Shown: positions 12,566 through 25,489 of the stretch, piece by piece
Layout: each line of letters opens with the position of its first letter
Numbering within the stretch: the first letter of the stretch is position 1
Source of the DNA: Nageia nagi
Taxonomy: Eukaryota; Plantae; Pinophyta
Length of the DNA stretch: 64,000 bases
Direction: 5' to 3'
Assembly: GCA_050084985.1 (NCBI GenBank)
Contig: JBITNC010000001.1
Span: 126,232,001-126,296,000 of the forward strand
Translations under genes and position numbers: made by a program
Notes under the pieces: model-generated
The model's database searches: none
Seen by the model: only the letters and a program-made list of their open reading frames with translations
Told to the model about the DNA's origin: nothing

Positions 12566-14237
12566 TGAGGGGTATCAAACTCGAGGCGTGTATTGTGGTA
12601 TTATATGCAAGATAGATACCTTGAAACTAAAATCTTTTAACATTTTATAGATATATTTTTAAGATATATAACCTATGAATTTAAGTTGTAAAACATTTAA
12701 ATATATATATTTATTGAATAATTATATAATTACAAATATAGAGGAAATGTACATTACAATATATTAAATTAATAAAAATTAAGTAAAAATATTTTCTCTT
12801 TTTTTTTTTAATATTGCACCTCAAATCGATAATAAATAAATTTTAAATAATGAATTTAAAAATCTAAAATCTAAAGTTTAAAGTTCATTTTTTGTAGAAT
12901 AATTTTATTTTGAATCAATGATATATATTATCATAATGTTATAAAGTATAATTTAAAAAAAAACTTAATTATTCATGAAAAAAACTTACATACAAAAGAA
13001 AATAATAAAAAAATATAAATAACTAATAAATATAAATGAATTTAAAAATATGCAAATTTCAAATAATTAAAATATAAAATCTAATATTTTCAACAATATA
13101 GCTTTTACTTATTATCAAAACTTTAGTAAAAATAAAAATATAATTATAAAACATTAAATTTGATAAAATAAAATTTATTAAAAATATAAATATTCTTAAA
13201 CAAACATTAGATTTGATAAAATAATTATAGCACTATTAATTAAAGTATATAAAAAAATTCACAAAATGCTGCCAACAAAAAGTATCATATTGTAAAGTGT
13301 AAGCTGAGAATACTCTGCTAGCATAAAGTGCATCCAAGTCTCATAATTAATTTTCTTTGAAACTCTTATTTTATTTTATTAATATATTTTCTTTCCATAG
13401 TAACCATTACTCAAAAAAAAAATTATTTGATTAATCATATTAAAATGATAATAAAGTGCAATAGTTAGCAAGTTTTACCAATAACATGTATAAACATCTA
13501 TAATCTTAAAAATTTAAATTTCTTCAACAAGATAATACATGTACAAATGTTAGATTTAAATCAATTCTCTCTCAACTTTAAATTAAAGATAATTTTATAT
13601 TACAATTTAAAAGTAATGAATTACAATTTATATAACATAGTTATTTAAATCTCATAAAATTTTATATATTTATGCAATACTATTAATTTCCTATTGTATG
13701 CAAAATGCAAAGTAAGAATTAAACTAAAAGTTGTTATTATTTATACTTATAATCATTTAAATTTTGTACTATTTAAATTTTGTATTGTACTAAATTTAGT
13801 ATCTTATTTAACTATGTTTATATATTATCTTCAAAGTAATTATTGTATACTAATTTTCAAGTTCAAATAATATTAAATTGACTTTTCAGCCTACCAACGC
13901 TTTAGACCCACGATTTATGCAAGATAAGAGGCCCATGACATCAACTAAATAATTGATCAACTATATAAAAAAAGTGATTACAAAACTCGATACAGATATT
14001 GGGGACTTAAAATTTTAAAACATGCATCCCATCTTAAAAACTGCATACGCTTGATAACATACATAAAAAAGAAAAATAAATGTGTTCAAACAAACTGAAA
14101 AGTTGCCAACCATACAAGTTTAGTCTGTACGAATGACATAATCAGTGGGATGAGAGAGAATAAATAAAATTTTACCCATGCAAATTTATTGTTCATCTAA
14201 TCCAGCAAGCTATGATTTGAAATGAAGAACAACTTCA

Positions 14238-16853
14238 CTAAAGTCCACTAGAGGGTGGGACTTCGGAGCGTAGCACCATAGTTCGTAGTCTGTCCCATCC
14301 ACTAATGACAGAGATTGTCACACCAAATCCAATCCCAAATCCGAATGCAAGACTAATCACTGACATGCTTTGCATCCACGCTCTCCCATACTGACCTCCT
14401 TTGACTCCTCCATAATATGAGGTTTTGTTGGTTGTTTTGTTTGCATCTGGGCATTCGCAAAGACCCTGATTATCCTTGAATGCACTCTTGTTGAATGTGC
14501 CAAATTGAGTTCCACTGGGTATGGCTCCAAAAAGCCTGTTTGATGAAACATACAGGTATGCCAATTTGGACAAGATAGAAAGCTCGTCGGGAATGCGCTC
14601 TGTAAGCTTATTGTGAGACAAGTCCAACTGCTCCAGAGTGGAGATCCGCCCAATGGATGGCGGGATCCTCCCTTTAAATTGGTTTCTAGACAGATTTAGC
14701 AACCGCAGACTACTCAGGCTCCCCATGCTTGCCGGTACTTCACCTGTTAGATTATTACAGGACAAGTCAAGTATGGTATTCGCTGCCATAACATAATCAA
14801 TATCGTACTCCATACCTTTGATTACAACTCTCACATCCTCGTCGAGGGTGTTACCACTGAGTTGGGGATCTCCAAGTCTTCCAAACCCACTAAGACGCTC
14901 CAGCTGATCGAATATTCTTCCTCGTAATCTATTGTTGGACAAATCCAGCACTTGCAAGTGTGTGAGGTTGGTAATCCATGGAGCAATACTGCCTTGAAGC
15001 ATATTCTTTCCTACAATTAAAACTCTCAAATCCTTAAAATATGCCGAGCGTCGTGTGAGGTTGGTAATCTATGGAGCAATACGGCCTTGAAGGATATTCT
15101 TTCCTACAATTAAAACTCTCAAATCCTAAAAATATGCCAGCTACGAAGGAAGCTCACCTGTCAATCTATTTTTTCTCAAATCCAAAACCTGGATCTGTGT
15201 ACAATTTGCCAAGAAGGGCGGAAGGTTCCCAGACAAATAATTACAATGAGCAGACAAAACTTCCAGAGAAGAGGGAAATCTTATATCTCTAAGACTTCCG
15301 TTCAATGAATTGTTGGAGAGCTTTAGCTTCTTCAGAGAACGAAAGTTGCCAAGTGAAGCTGAAAATGCTGCCTGACAAACAATTATTTTTCAGTATCAAA
15401 TCTATCAAACGCTTACAGTTGCCTATCGATTCTGGAATCTTTCCATTGAGCATGTTCTGGGACGAAACTAACTTTTTCAGTTCAGTGAATTTACCAATAT
15501 TCTCATGAATGGTTCCGGTCAACTTGTTATCTGAGATGTCCAAATACTGCAAGGAGCTCAGACCGCCTATGGTTTCAGGAATAATCCCAGATATATTGTT
15601 TCCCAAGAGCAAAAGCCAAGTAAGATTTTTGAGTTCACCTATACTTTGTGTTACAGGTCCACTCAATCTATTGAAGTGCAAACTCAAATTCTTCATGTTC
15701 TGGAGATTCCCTATGTCCTCGGGAATTGTACCTTCCAAATTGTTACGCGCAAGATAAAGTGTCTCGAGCTTGCTCAAGTTACCTAAACTTTCGGGTATGG
15801 TACCCGTTTTCGGGTATGGTACCTGTTAGTCTGTTTGCGCAAAAATTCAAAAAGGTTACTCTGTGAGCTTTCCCGTATCCCTTGGAATGATTCCAGTGAA
15901 ATTGTTTAGGGCAAGATCTAGGTGGCGAAGCTTGGTCAAATTCATCAAGATTGCATTTGGTAGCGTCTCTTCAATACTATTATTGTATAAAGAAAGAATG
16001 GAAATAGGAAGGCCTCGAAATACTTGTAGGGACCATGGAGGGATAAAATAAAAAGCTGTTTTAATTTTCCGAATTCAGGAGGTATTTTTTCCATGCAATA
16101 AGTTTTCTCCAAGAACTAATTCTTGGAGGGAAGAACAATTACTGATTGCTGAAGGGATTTTGCTTTCTAACCTGTTCGATTGAAGATGGAGATGCTTTAG
16201 TTTGTCAAGCCTACCAAATTCGGATCGAATGCTTCCTGTCAAGCTGTTGTGACCAAGTGATATGAAATTCAATTCAGAACAATTAGCTAGACAAGGCGGA
16301 ATGCTCCCATTCAAGTTGTTCAATGAGAGTCTGTCCCACTAAAGATGCTTGCAATTAGCCAGAGATTTGGGTATATGACCCATAAGTAGGTTCTTCTTGA
16401 GGTCGAACACTCTCAATGCTTTGATCTGTGTCAACTGTGGTGGAATATTTCCTGTGAAATAATTGAAGGAGAGATCCAAAGTGTGCAGTAAGGAAAGATC
16501 TCCCAAGGAAGGAGAAATTGTACCTTCCAATTGGAGATCGGGGAGGATGATGGGAACTACTCTTTGAGTATGTTTTCTGTACCAAACACCATTCCACGAG
16601 CACACCTCATTCGAATTGTTTGCAGTCCAAGAGGAGAGCGCTTGCTGTGGATCCGACTTAATGTTGTTTCGGAAGGATAGAAGAGATTCAATATCCCTCC
16701 TATCACCGGAACTATCTTCTGAAATCAGCGTACGCTCATTTTGATAGAAAAGCTTCCAAAATATGTAGGGTTTGGAGTTTTGGTATCAGTTATTGCAAAC
16801 GCCATAGGATAAGCTAAGCCCAGCAACATCATTATTATCAATACACTACCCAT
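14238..16853 (-). pseudogene. LRR receptor-like protein (RLP) pseudogene, copy 2, complete architecture
   Basis: Signal peptide MGSVLIIMMLLGLAYPMAFA; LRRNT (LLSF..DP..LSSW..CSWNGV); many LRRs; island domain ending VIKGMEY; four C3 LRRs; GTQFGTF..F.DN.GLC cap; TM with GFGIGFG (GxxxG); short tail, no kinase. Several frameshifts and stops. Confidence 0.93.
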
Positions 16854-16902
16854 GTTCCTCCTTGCTATTTTTAGATGTGGAAACATGCTAAGAGGTCTCG
16901 AC

Positions 16903-19900
16903 CAGCCCTGGAATTGGACGGGCATTTGAACGTTTTTTAAAATTTTAAACGTTTTTGACAGATAAATTTATAATTTTTTAAATAGAAAACGTAATTTTGA
17001 TGCCCTCTAAGAAATTTAAAACGTAATTCTGGCGTTCAAAATTATAAAAATCAAATAATATAATTATATATATAATCTACTCCCTTTCATTAAATTCGAA
17101 TCTTACATTCTAATTCTACTTGCTGTTTCTATTTTTAATTTCAGAGTTGTACAGCGCACTTATTTCTCTCTCTAATGAATGAAGATGCAGATTGTTGATG
17201 ATATTCTAAATTTCTAATCCCAGCAAATAATTGAATCCAACAGCGGAACATTGGAGGCTTGGAGGAATATGTTTTGAAGGTTTTCACGGTCACAATTCAC
17301 AGGTAAATGTCCATTTCTATAGATTTAGTTCTCAGTGTTTGATTATAGTTCATTGATCTAATTTTTTTATTAATATATACACTTACATGATCCTGTTCTT
17401 TTTCCTACCTCCTTCATAAAGTTCGAACTTTGAACTCCTCTATAGTAGTAGCATTTTCAATTAGCTGTAAGATTTCTGATGCCTGTTTTGCGCATTTGAT
17501 TAGATATGCCAAACAACCCAGGTAAAAAGCTAATAGGTTCACTTAGTTTTTTCCCATTTAATATACATTTCTTCTGTTTGATTGCACTGTGCACATATTA
17601 ATTTTTGTTATCAATGGAGAACCGTCTCTGTGGAGCTATCTATTGTTATCAATCCCTTAATGTGAAGGTTTAGAGCCTTTAATTGTCTACGATGTTCCTC
17701 CTCTTTCGCATGAACTACTATCACAATAATGGGGCTAGGTTTGGTCCCTTTGCCCCACATTGTATCAGCCCAAGAACCCTGCATCTAAATTTGTTCTGCA
17801 AGGGACGCATTAGATTCTTTGTTTGTGAGTAACTCACCCTTAAAAGATTAGATTTCCTCCTGTAAAGCATTCAACGGATGCTTAGATGAGAGTTCTGCCT
17901 GGAGTGCAGCTACATTATTTGAAAGTGATGTAATAGAAGAGATGCATGAGCCCATTTTCCTGCAAACATCCTGTTCTGAGAATTGTGATTGGAGCAAATG
18001 GATGACGGTCTGCTGCTCAGCATTGATGGTGAGAGGAAAGCCCACCTGGTCTAGTAGGTGTTGGTTTTTTTTTACAGTACCAGACTCCGATTGATATTAG
18101 ATATTTGAGCTTGTATAAATTTCTTGAACCAGTGCTATTCACTGGCGTGACTGTGGGAGCACCTTAGGAAGATGGGTATCTATTTTAACACCTCTCTAGA
18201 GGTTCTCTTGCAAATTGCTGATCCTATGATTCACTGACTCTTACTACATTGCTGCTTTCAACAAAGATAATTCCTGTCTTTTGTTGCATATACAAAGAAC
18301 TGTCTTTCTGGGCGCTCTGTTACAGAATGTTATGTAAACGTAGGAACACATCTCTGTTGTAACAGATAGAAGAGCCTGTCTGTGGTGAATGCAAGAGTCA
18401 ATAATGACGAAATGTCAAAGATTCGCCTAAACTGATAGGAAGTAACTATATATAAATGTAAGAGTTAGAAAAAGACAATATCTATCCCTCTTTGACAAGA
18501 AGCTACTAAGTAGTAATACAAGTCTAACTTTTATATTCTGAATTTTTGATGGTAATGAATTGTTGAAGAATATTAAATATTAGATATTAAATATCTATAT
18601 TATTTATTTTTGTGAAGATTACAGATATTATGAAAACCAAGCAAGTAAGAGATAATTTTATTATGTTTGTATATATAATTTTTACTATATTTGTATTATT
18701 TGTGCAGGATTTAAATGGATTAGGAACTTTGCTCGATGTAACATAACTTGTCTTATATTGAATGCATAGGAATCCTACTTGATACAGGTTCAAATTCTAT
18801 TATTTTGTTTATGTCACCTTATTTTGAAATGGGTTGCAATGTTATCTTTGTCTTGTAGCATAATATCTCAAATCATTCTTATATTATTATGTTGTGATTA
18901 TAGAATCTTAAGTCATGATATCTTAAATTGATTGTAATGTTGTGCTTATGTTTGTAAATTAATAAATTTAATTTTTGATATAGGTTATTGAAAATATGTT
19001 TCAAAAAAGGAAAGTTCAAGCTAGCATTGCTGAAATATATGGCTAGAATAAAGCTCATATTTCAAAATCGTGTGATGATTTAGAACCCCATGAAGAAATT
19101 TGTAACATGAAAATTCAAGTACATGAACAAATTCATAACATTTTTGGATCTTCTTCTTGATGATGATGATTCAAATGAAGAAATGGATGGTGCAAAAGAT
19201 TCAAATGAAAAAATGGATGATGTTGAAGAAGGTATCAAGAATCAAGATAAAAATAAATTAAAAGTGAACAAAAATTTTGTATGGAATGGATAGAAAGGTT
19301 TGAATGGTTGAATGACATTATAGATGGTGATAAAATAGTGATGAAATGCAAACATTGTGAGAAATATAACATGCGTGGACCATGGGGTATAGGTAATTGT
19401 TGTATTACATTACAATGTGATGCTCTTACTACCCATGAAAAATAAATTGTACATATAGATGCTCAAGCAAAATGGATTAATGCAGTGGAGAAAGGTTGAA
19501 ATCTATTCCAGTGCATATTGTTCAAATGGAAGATGTTAATAAGGAGAGGGTCATTTCTACAATGAAAATGGCATACTTTATTTGCCAAGAGGATCTATCT
19601 TTATCTAAGTATGAGAAACTTTGTAGATTTCTTATGGCTACTAAAACACCTCACATGCCAATGTCACATGATTACTCATCATACACAAATTGTAAGGTAG
19701 CAACAATTTTATCTTTTGTATATCAAAGCATCTTGAGAAAATTCAAATAAATAAAATGATAGAAAGCCCTTTCTTTTCTATAATGATTAAGGAAAGTACA
19801 GATTGCAATTTAGAACAACATCCTATTATGTATGGAACATATTTAGATTTACATGGACTTGGACCACCTATTTCATAGTTTATGAAACTCATCAATGTAG

Positions 19901-21750
19901 CAAATAGTAAGCGGAAACAATATATGATATTGTGAATCAACTACTAAATGATATAGGTCTTCCTTTTAGAAACTTGATAGATATTTCTACAGATGGGACT
20001 TTAGTAATGATTGGACATGAGAATGGTTTTGTTTCATTTTTAAAATGATAGTGTGCAAATCTTACTGTAATTCACTATATAGCTTATCGTGAAGCTTTGG
20101 CAATAGTAGATGCTTCTAAGAATATACTTGAATTATTATTTGTTAAAAAATACCAAACAAAGTGTATTCTTGGGTACAAAATTCATCAAAGAGAACTAAT
20201 GAACTTAATAATTTACTTAAACTCATGCAAATTGATGTATTGGATGTTTTACAAATCCATGCAGTTAGATGGTTATCTAGGGGAGAGGTTATAATAAGGC
20301 TTGTGAAGCTTATGCCAACTCTTTTAACTTTATGGAAAAATGAGAAAAAATGTTCTTCATGGTATGGTAAAGCATGCATTTACTCTTTTATGTTTTGTTT
20401 ACATATGTTTGCTGATGTTTTGAATGAATTGAATAAGTTGAATATCACATTCCAAGAAGAGAATCTCGATATTGCAACTCTTGGATTGAATCTTGAGCTT
20501 CCAATAAGTATATTATTTAGATGGTTTTTTAAAAAGATACATTTGCAAAAGGTATAACCTATCTCTCTAAATTTTTTAGTTGATTCACAACATGGGTATA
20601 TTGAAATTGAACAAGAAGAAACAATTATTAATAAACATGATTTATATTGTATCAAGTTATTCCTATAAGGGATTAACTATAGTGATGGAAAAAAACAAAG
20701 TATAAGACCTTGTATAGAAGGAACTTTTGAGAGCTATCAAAACTCATAGAGGACTATATTCAATCTCTCATATATTGTTTAAATACAAGATTTCCAAATC
20801 TTCCTCTTTTCAATGAAGCAAAACTCTTCAACCCATGTTATTATCCACCAAATTAGAAAGATTGAGAGCGTGTTACTGTACAATGGCATGATAGATTCTT
20901 CAACATTTGCAACATACCATTTTAGATGTATCAGATTTCCACCTTCATTTGATGTCAAAGCTTCTCAGATTGAGTTATCCTCTTTTTTTTTATTCATTAA
21001 ATTCTTCTTTTGAATGTTACTCAATGAAGGCTGCATGGAAAGTATTTCGTAACAAAGACATACTAACTATTCCAATAAGTGCAGTGGATTATGAAAGGGG
21101 TTTTTCTAGACAAAATATTATCAAGGATACTAGAAGATCAAAACTTGGCATAAATACTTTAGATGCATTGATGAAGATATCATTAAATGGACCAAAGATA
21201 TCTTGAGTTAGATTAGAATGCAATATATAAGATACGGATAAATGAAAAGTCCATAAGAGTTCTTGATCTTTATCCATTAACCTTCTCTTTATATTTTAAT
21301 ATTGATATTTTTCTACTTAGTTTGAATAAGAGTTATTCTAATTTTTTTTTTTTATCATTATATCCTCAAAGAACACTCATGTTTATATTTGGTTCATTGC
21401 AGGTCTATGAAGAGAAGTGAACTTGAAGGAGATAAAATTTCAGACACAAGACTTTTTTAAGTCAATTTGAAACATTCAATATATTTTTTATATTCAAAAT
21501 GAACTCAAGAACAAAAGCTTTCGATCTTTTATAAGTTTATTGTATGGTTGAATAAAATATCTCTATATATATTTTAAAAAAAGTTATTTGCATGCATTAT
21601 TTTAATCCCATATTATTTTTATTTATTAAATTATAATGATTTATTGAAAGGTTATTAAATTGTATAAAACGTATATTGAAAGGTGTTTAATAATCAAAAA
21701 CGTAAAAAATAAAATTGACAGGTAGAATTTTTTTTGAAATTCTAGGCCTG
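16903..21750 (+). mobile_element. hAT DNA transposon, complete ends (4848 bp)
   Basis: TIRs CAGCCCTGGAATT / CAGGCCTAGAATT (11/13); perfect 8-bp TSD GTCTCGAC at 16895-16902 and 21751-21758; internal transposase remnant. Confidence 0.95.
18996..21206 (+). pseudogene. hAT transposase (ZNF862/Tip100-like), disrupted
   Basis: W..RFEWL and MKCKHC zinc-finger region, FSIMI(K)ESTD, STDG, degraded CxxH, VRWLSR, and dimerisation motif TIPISAVDYERGFSRQNIIK..RSKL..LDALM.ISLNGP. Confidence 0.88.
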
Positions 21751-21758
21751 GTCTCGAC

Positions 21759-22455
21759 ATTAAAGGATGTCTGAAGTTGGAGAAAAATTTAAAATTTTAT
21801 TTAGTCAACTGAAATTCCTTGGTTTTCATACTTTTCCCGAGTCTAGTCTTTTCTAAATCGCCGAATTGACCGGTAGAGGTAGAAAGCATGGCGGTCCAAG
21901 GATGATCAATATTTCTGTAGATCATAGCGTATAGTGCAAGTCGACCAACATTCATATGTTGGACAAGATGGTCAATAAGCCAATAGATTTTCGAGTTGCA
22001 CAGATAGTGAGTCTTGATCCAAGGATGCCAAATTCTATACATTATCTTATTCATACCGTCTCTCGTTTCATTCGTAGACGATTGAATTGGTAACGAAGAA
22101 TATATTATTATATACATTGATGTGAGGAAAGAGAAGTAAGTAATTTTTCGTATGATAACATTATGTTTGTTGTCACATTTTTATAGTTTTAAGATGGTAT
22201 GTTTATATTGATGTTTCAAATCATTTTTATTTTGATGGAGTTTTTGAATTATCATTTATTAGTTGAAATTATAAGCTTTTATTTTATATTTGTTGTTATA
22301 TGTATGATTATATTGATGTTTCAATTCATCTATATTTTGATGGAATTTTAGATTTATTATTTTATTTAGTTTTTCAATTTATTATTTGAAGATATGGACT
22401 TCGATTTTATATAAAATATAATTTAAAGATTTGTTAAGATAATGGTATGATGAAG
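21759..22455 (-). promoter_or_regulatory. displaced promoter of RLP copy 2, with three W-boxes
   Basis: Directly adjoins the RLP 5' region once the hAT is removed. W-boxes at 21803-21808 (-), 21866-21871 (+) and 21970-21975 (-). Conserved with 11520-11890. Confidence 0.7.
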
Positions 22456-22799
22456 TGAATTTATATATCATTTTAACTTGAAATTTAGCATGGAATAAAT
22501 ATTTTTGAATAATATACAAGCATAATTAAATTAAATATTAAATTCTATGTCAGATCACACAAGCTAGTTGGGGTTATTAGAAGAATAAAAATAGAAATAA
22601 ATTCTATTTGTGTCATATAACTAGTTATGTTTCTCTTTGGAGATAAACATGTTCCAATAATTAAGGAGTTTATCAACCTTGAAGGGATTAGAAGGATCAT
22701 AGAGAGGTGAAATATTAAATGCAACCTTAAACGGTATGGTAAGAATGTTTAACTAGATCATGTGAACCTACCATGGTATGTTATAGAACTCTCTTAATT

Positions 22800-23417
22800 T
22801 AGTATAAACTTTCTTCAAAGTAATAATCAAGGAGAGTACACTTCAAATGAGTTTCAAGAATATCTTCTTTGATAAAGGATAAAACATCTGGTGATATAGT
22901 TTTGTATAATCCACAATAGAAGGTTATATTTACAAGGATAAATTAAGCAATCATTATCATGGTTATGGTATTGTTATTTTTTTAAAATATAAAATCATAT
23001 ATTGGTTTGATGCAATTCTATGTATATCATGCATTACAAATAAATTTATATTGTTAGCTCTCTGAAATAATATTCCTTATTAATTATGGTATGGTTGTAC
23101 TCCATTGTTGAAGTAACTCATATTTTTTCCACTTATTATTGTTTATTTCTTAAGGAACAGAGCAATAAATTAACTAAAAGGCCTCAAAATAGGACTTTTT
23201 AGGAGCATTCAAATAAATCCAAATCATGCCATTTGTATGATGAAGTCAATAATAATCTCATAATCTCAAGAGATATCATCTTTTATGAAATTTTAAATAT
23301 GAGACCATTATTAAGTGCAAACTAGATTACATCAATATGTTCACCATAGTGAAGATATATAATGGATTTCATGAAGCAATTATAAATATTGAGAAGGCGA
23401 TCCTTATCTCAGATTAT
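22800..23417 (+). mobile_element. decayed Copia integrase (left half of the host of the Sola2-like element)
   Basis: GEYTSNEFQEY (22831), LWYG and IISRDIIFYE remnants. Confidence 0.7.
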
Positions 23418-23445
23418 GGGTGGGTTCAAGAAGTTGGTTCCACTT
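23418..23445 (+). repeat. left TIR of the Sola2-like element
   Basis: GGGTGGGTTCAAGAAGTTGGTTCCACTT; reverse complement of 39225-39252 is GGGTGGAAGAAAGAAGTTGGGTCCACTT. Confidence 0.88.
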
Positions 23446-25489
23446 TGAGGCCAAAAAGTAGAGTATTTTTCTTAATTTTTAAGTTTGGATATGATTGATC
23501 TCAAAATTTGAAGCACTTAGACATGGAATCATGAAAAAAATCACTGGGGTGACAAAGTAGTCCTTAGAGTTTAGTTTTCAAATATATAATTTATTCCAAT
23601 ACCCAAATCATAGAATTTAAAATTTGATAAGATGAATAAAAACCACATTAAAAAAAAACCATTTTTGGACCATACCATGCACATGTCCATCATGTATAAT
23701 TTGATTGAAATCAAGGTATTTTTTAAAATCCTTTTAGAAAAATATACCTAAAATATTGGAGCTTGTCTTGGATATTTTTTCATCAATAATTTTTTTAGTA
23801 ATTTTTGTATCGGGAATGTTTGTGGTTTCAAAAGTGCTCATGTTTGTCATAAATAATTTGATCTAAACTTAATCTTTTTTCAAAAAATAATTCTTATAGA
23901 GAATTTGTGAAGATTGTTTCTATATTTTTTTCATAACTTCGAAAAAAAAACTTATTAAGAAAATACAAGACCCTCATATTTCAAGTATATGGACCAGTAT
24001 CATAAAAAATTAATAGAAAAATATAAAATGTACTCCAATTGTAAAAAAAAGTACATATTTCAATTTGTCACTCTTTCATCTAAAATGGGTTTCAGTTTCA
24101 TGAAAAAATCCAATCAAAATCACCATGAAATATATGCCCGAAGTTATCATTATGTAGTGAAATAAACCATGGACATTTACTTATAGGTCCAAGGAAAAGG
24201 ATTGGCTCACCTAGCCTTTTTCAAGACTAAATTTGAGATTGGTGGGTGGGGGCACATGGGAAGTAAATTTTGAATATATCGAGATGTCAATATATCATGA
24301 TCCTGATATGTTCTAGCCATTATACATATCGAGATCTTGATATTTATTAATACATTAGAATAAAAAATCAACTTCTTGGATAGATATGTTCTTTGCATCA
24401 TTCTCTTTCCATTCATATAATATGATTTAATATAGAAGATAGTTATACTTTTTGTAGGAATTAAGTTGCTTTTGTCATATGCATGCACCTTATTCAATCA
24501 TTATACTGAGGTTGAGACTTGAGGAATCTATTTTAGTTGATTTGAGGCTAAATTAAGTTTTTTTTTGAAGAGAATTAAGGTTTTGAATCCTCAAGCAACC
24601 ATTGCAATTACAATTTTCTTTTGAAGATATACAACATTGAATTTGTAAACTTGAAAGTTAATCAACATCATGGGTGATAAAAAATGGCAAATAAGGAGAG
24701 AAAGGAAGGTCATGTCATCTAAAGAAATTTTTACAAAAAGAGAGAAGGATGCAAAATGGAAAAGTGAAAAGAGCACAAAATTAAGAACCGAATTGTAATA
24801 AAGCATTTGAATGTTCCATCCCAATTAAAGAGGAGGATATTGAAGAGAACTTGAATGTATACATGATTGTAGATGATGCATGCATTGAAAAGGAGAATGC
24901 ACCATTGATTGAAGCTTCAAATTCAATGACTATGGAAATAAAAGCAACTGTGTCTTTGAATCTTTACATGATGCTTTTATAATTTTAGGTGCTTTTCAAC
25001 ATTCTCATGGAAATTCTTTAAATGATTGAGAAATTATTTAATTAATAAAATCCTCTTCAAATGATCATGTATTATTGATTAGGATTATTACCACTTTTAA
25101 AAGTTCCTTCCATATACTACTTGAAATGACACCTCTAGCTCTTGTTTATACTCCTACTATTAGAGTTATTCTTAGAATTTGCTTGTACAACTACTAAATC
25201 CTATAGATAATCGAGTTATTTCACACCCCTATTAATTATCTTAAGAACCCTAATTATGAGAATTACTAATAATGCCTTATATAAGATATATCATAATATA
25301 TCCAAAACTGTTTACTAGATATATAGTTGAATGATTTCTTCTCACAAATACATAGGAGATTATTATGACCATTTGACCAATGGGTTTGAAAACTTTACCA
25401 AAAAATCATTTGTAAGACCTTTAAAAATCTTTATAGAAGTGAATAAATACATAGATAAGTCTTTTAATATCCTTTTTAAACTCAATTAT

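Noticed and set aside
14238-15029. Functional 263-aa stand-alone gene or receptor kinase
   Set aside because: TTG start, no signal peptide; it is the 3' fragment of the broken RLP, and no kinase domain follows.
24195-24360. Possible LINE fragment or nested element start (GGATTGGCTCACC shared with 45504; GGGTGGGGG at 24244)
   Set aside because: The similarity is too short, and I found no matching terminus or TSD.
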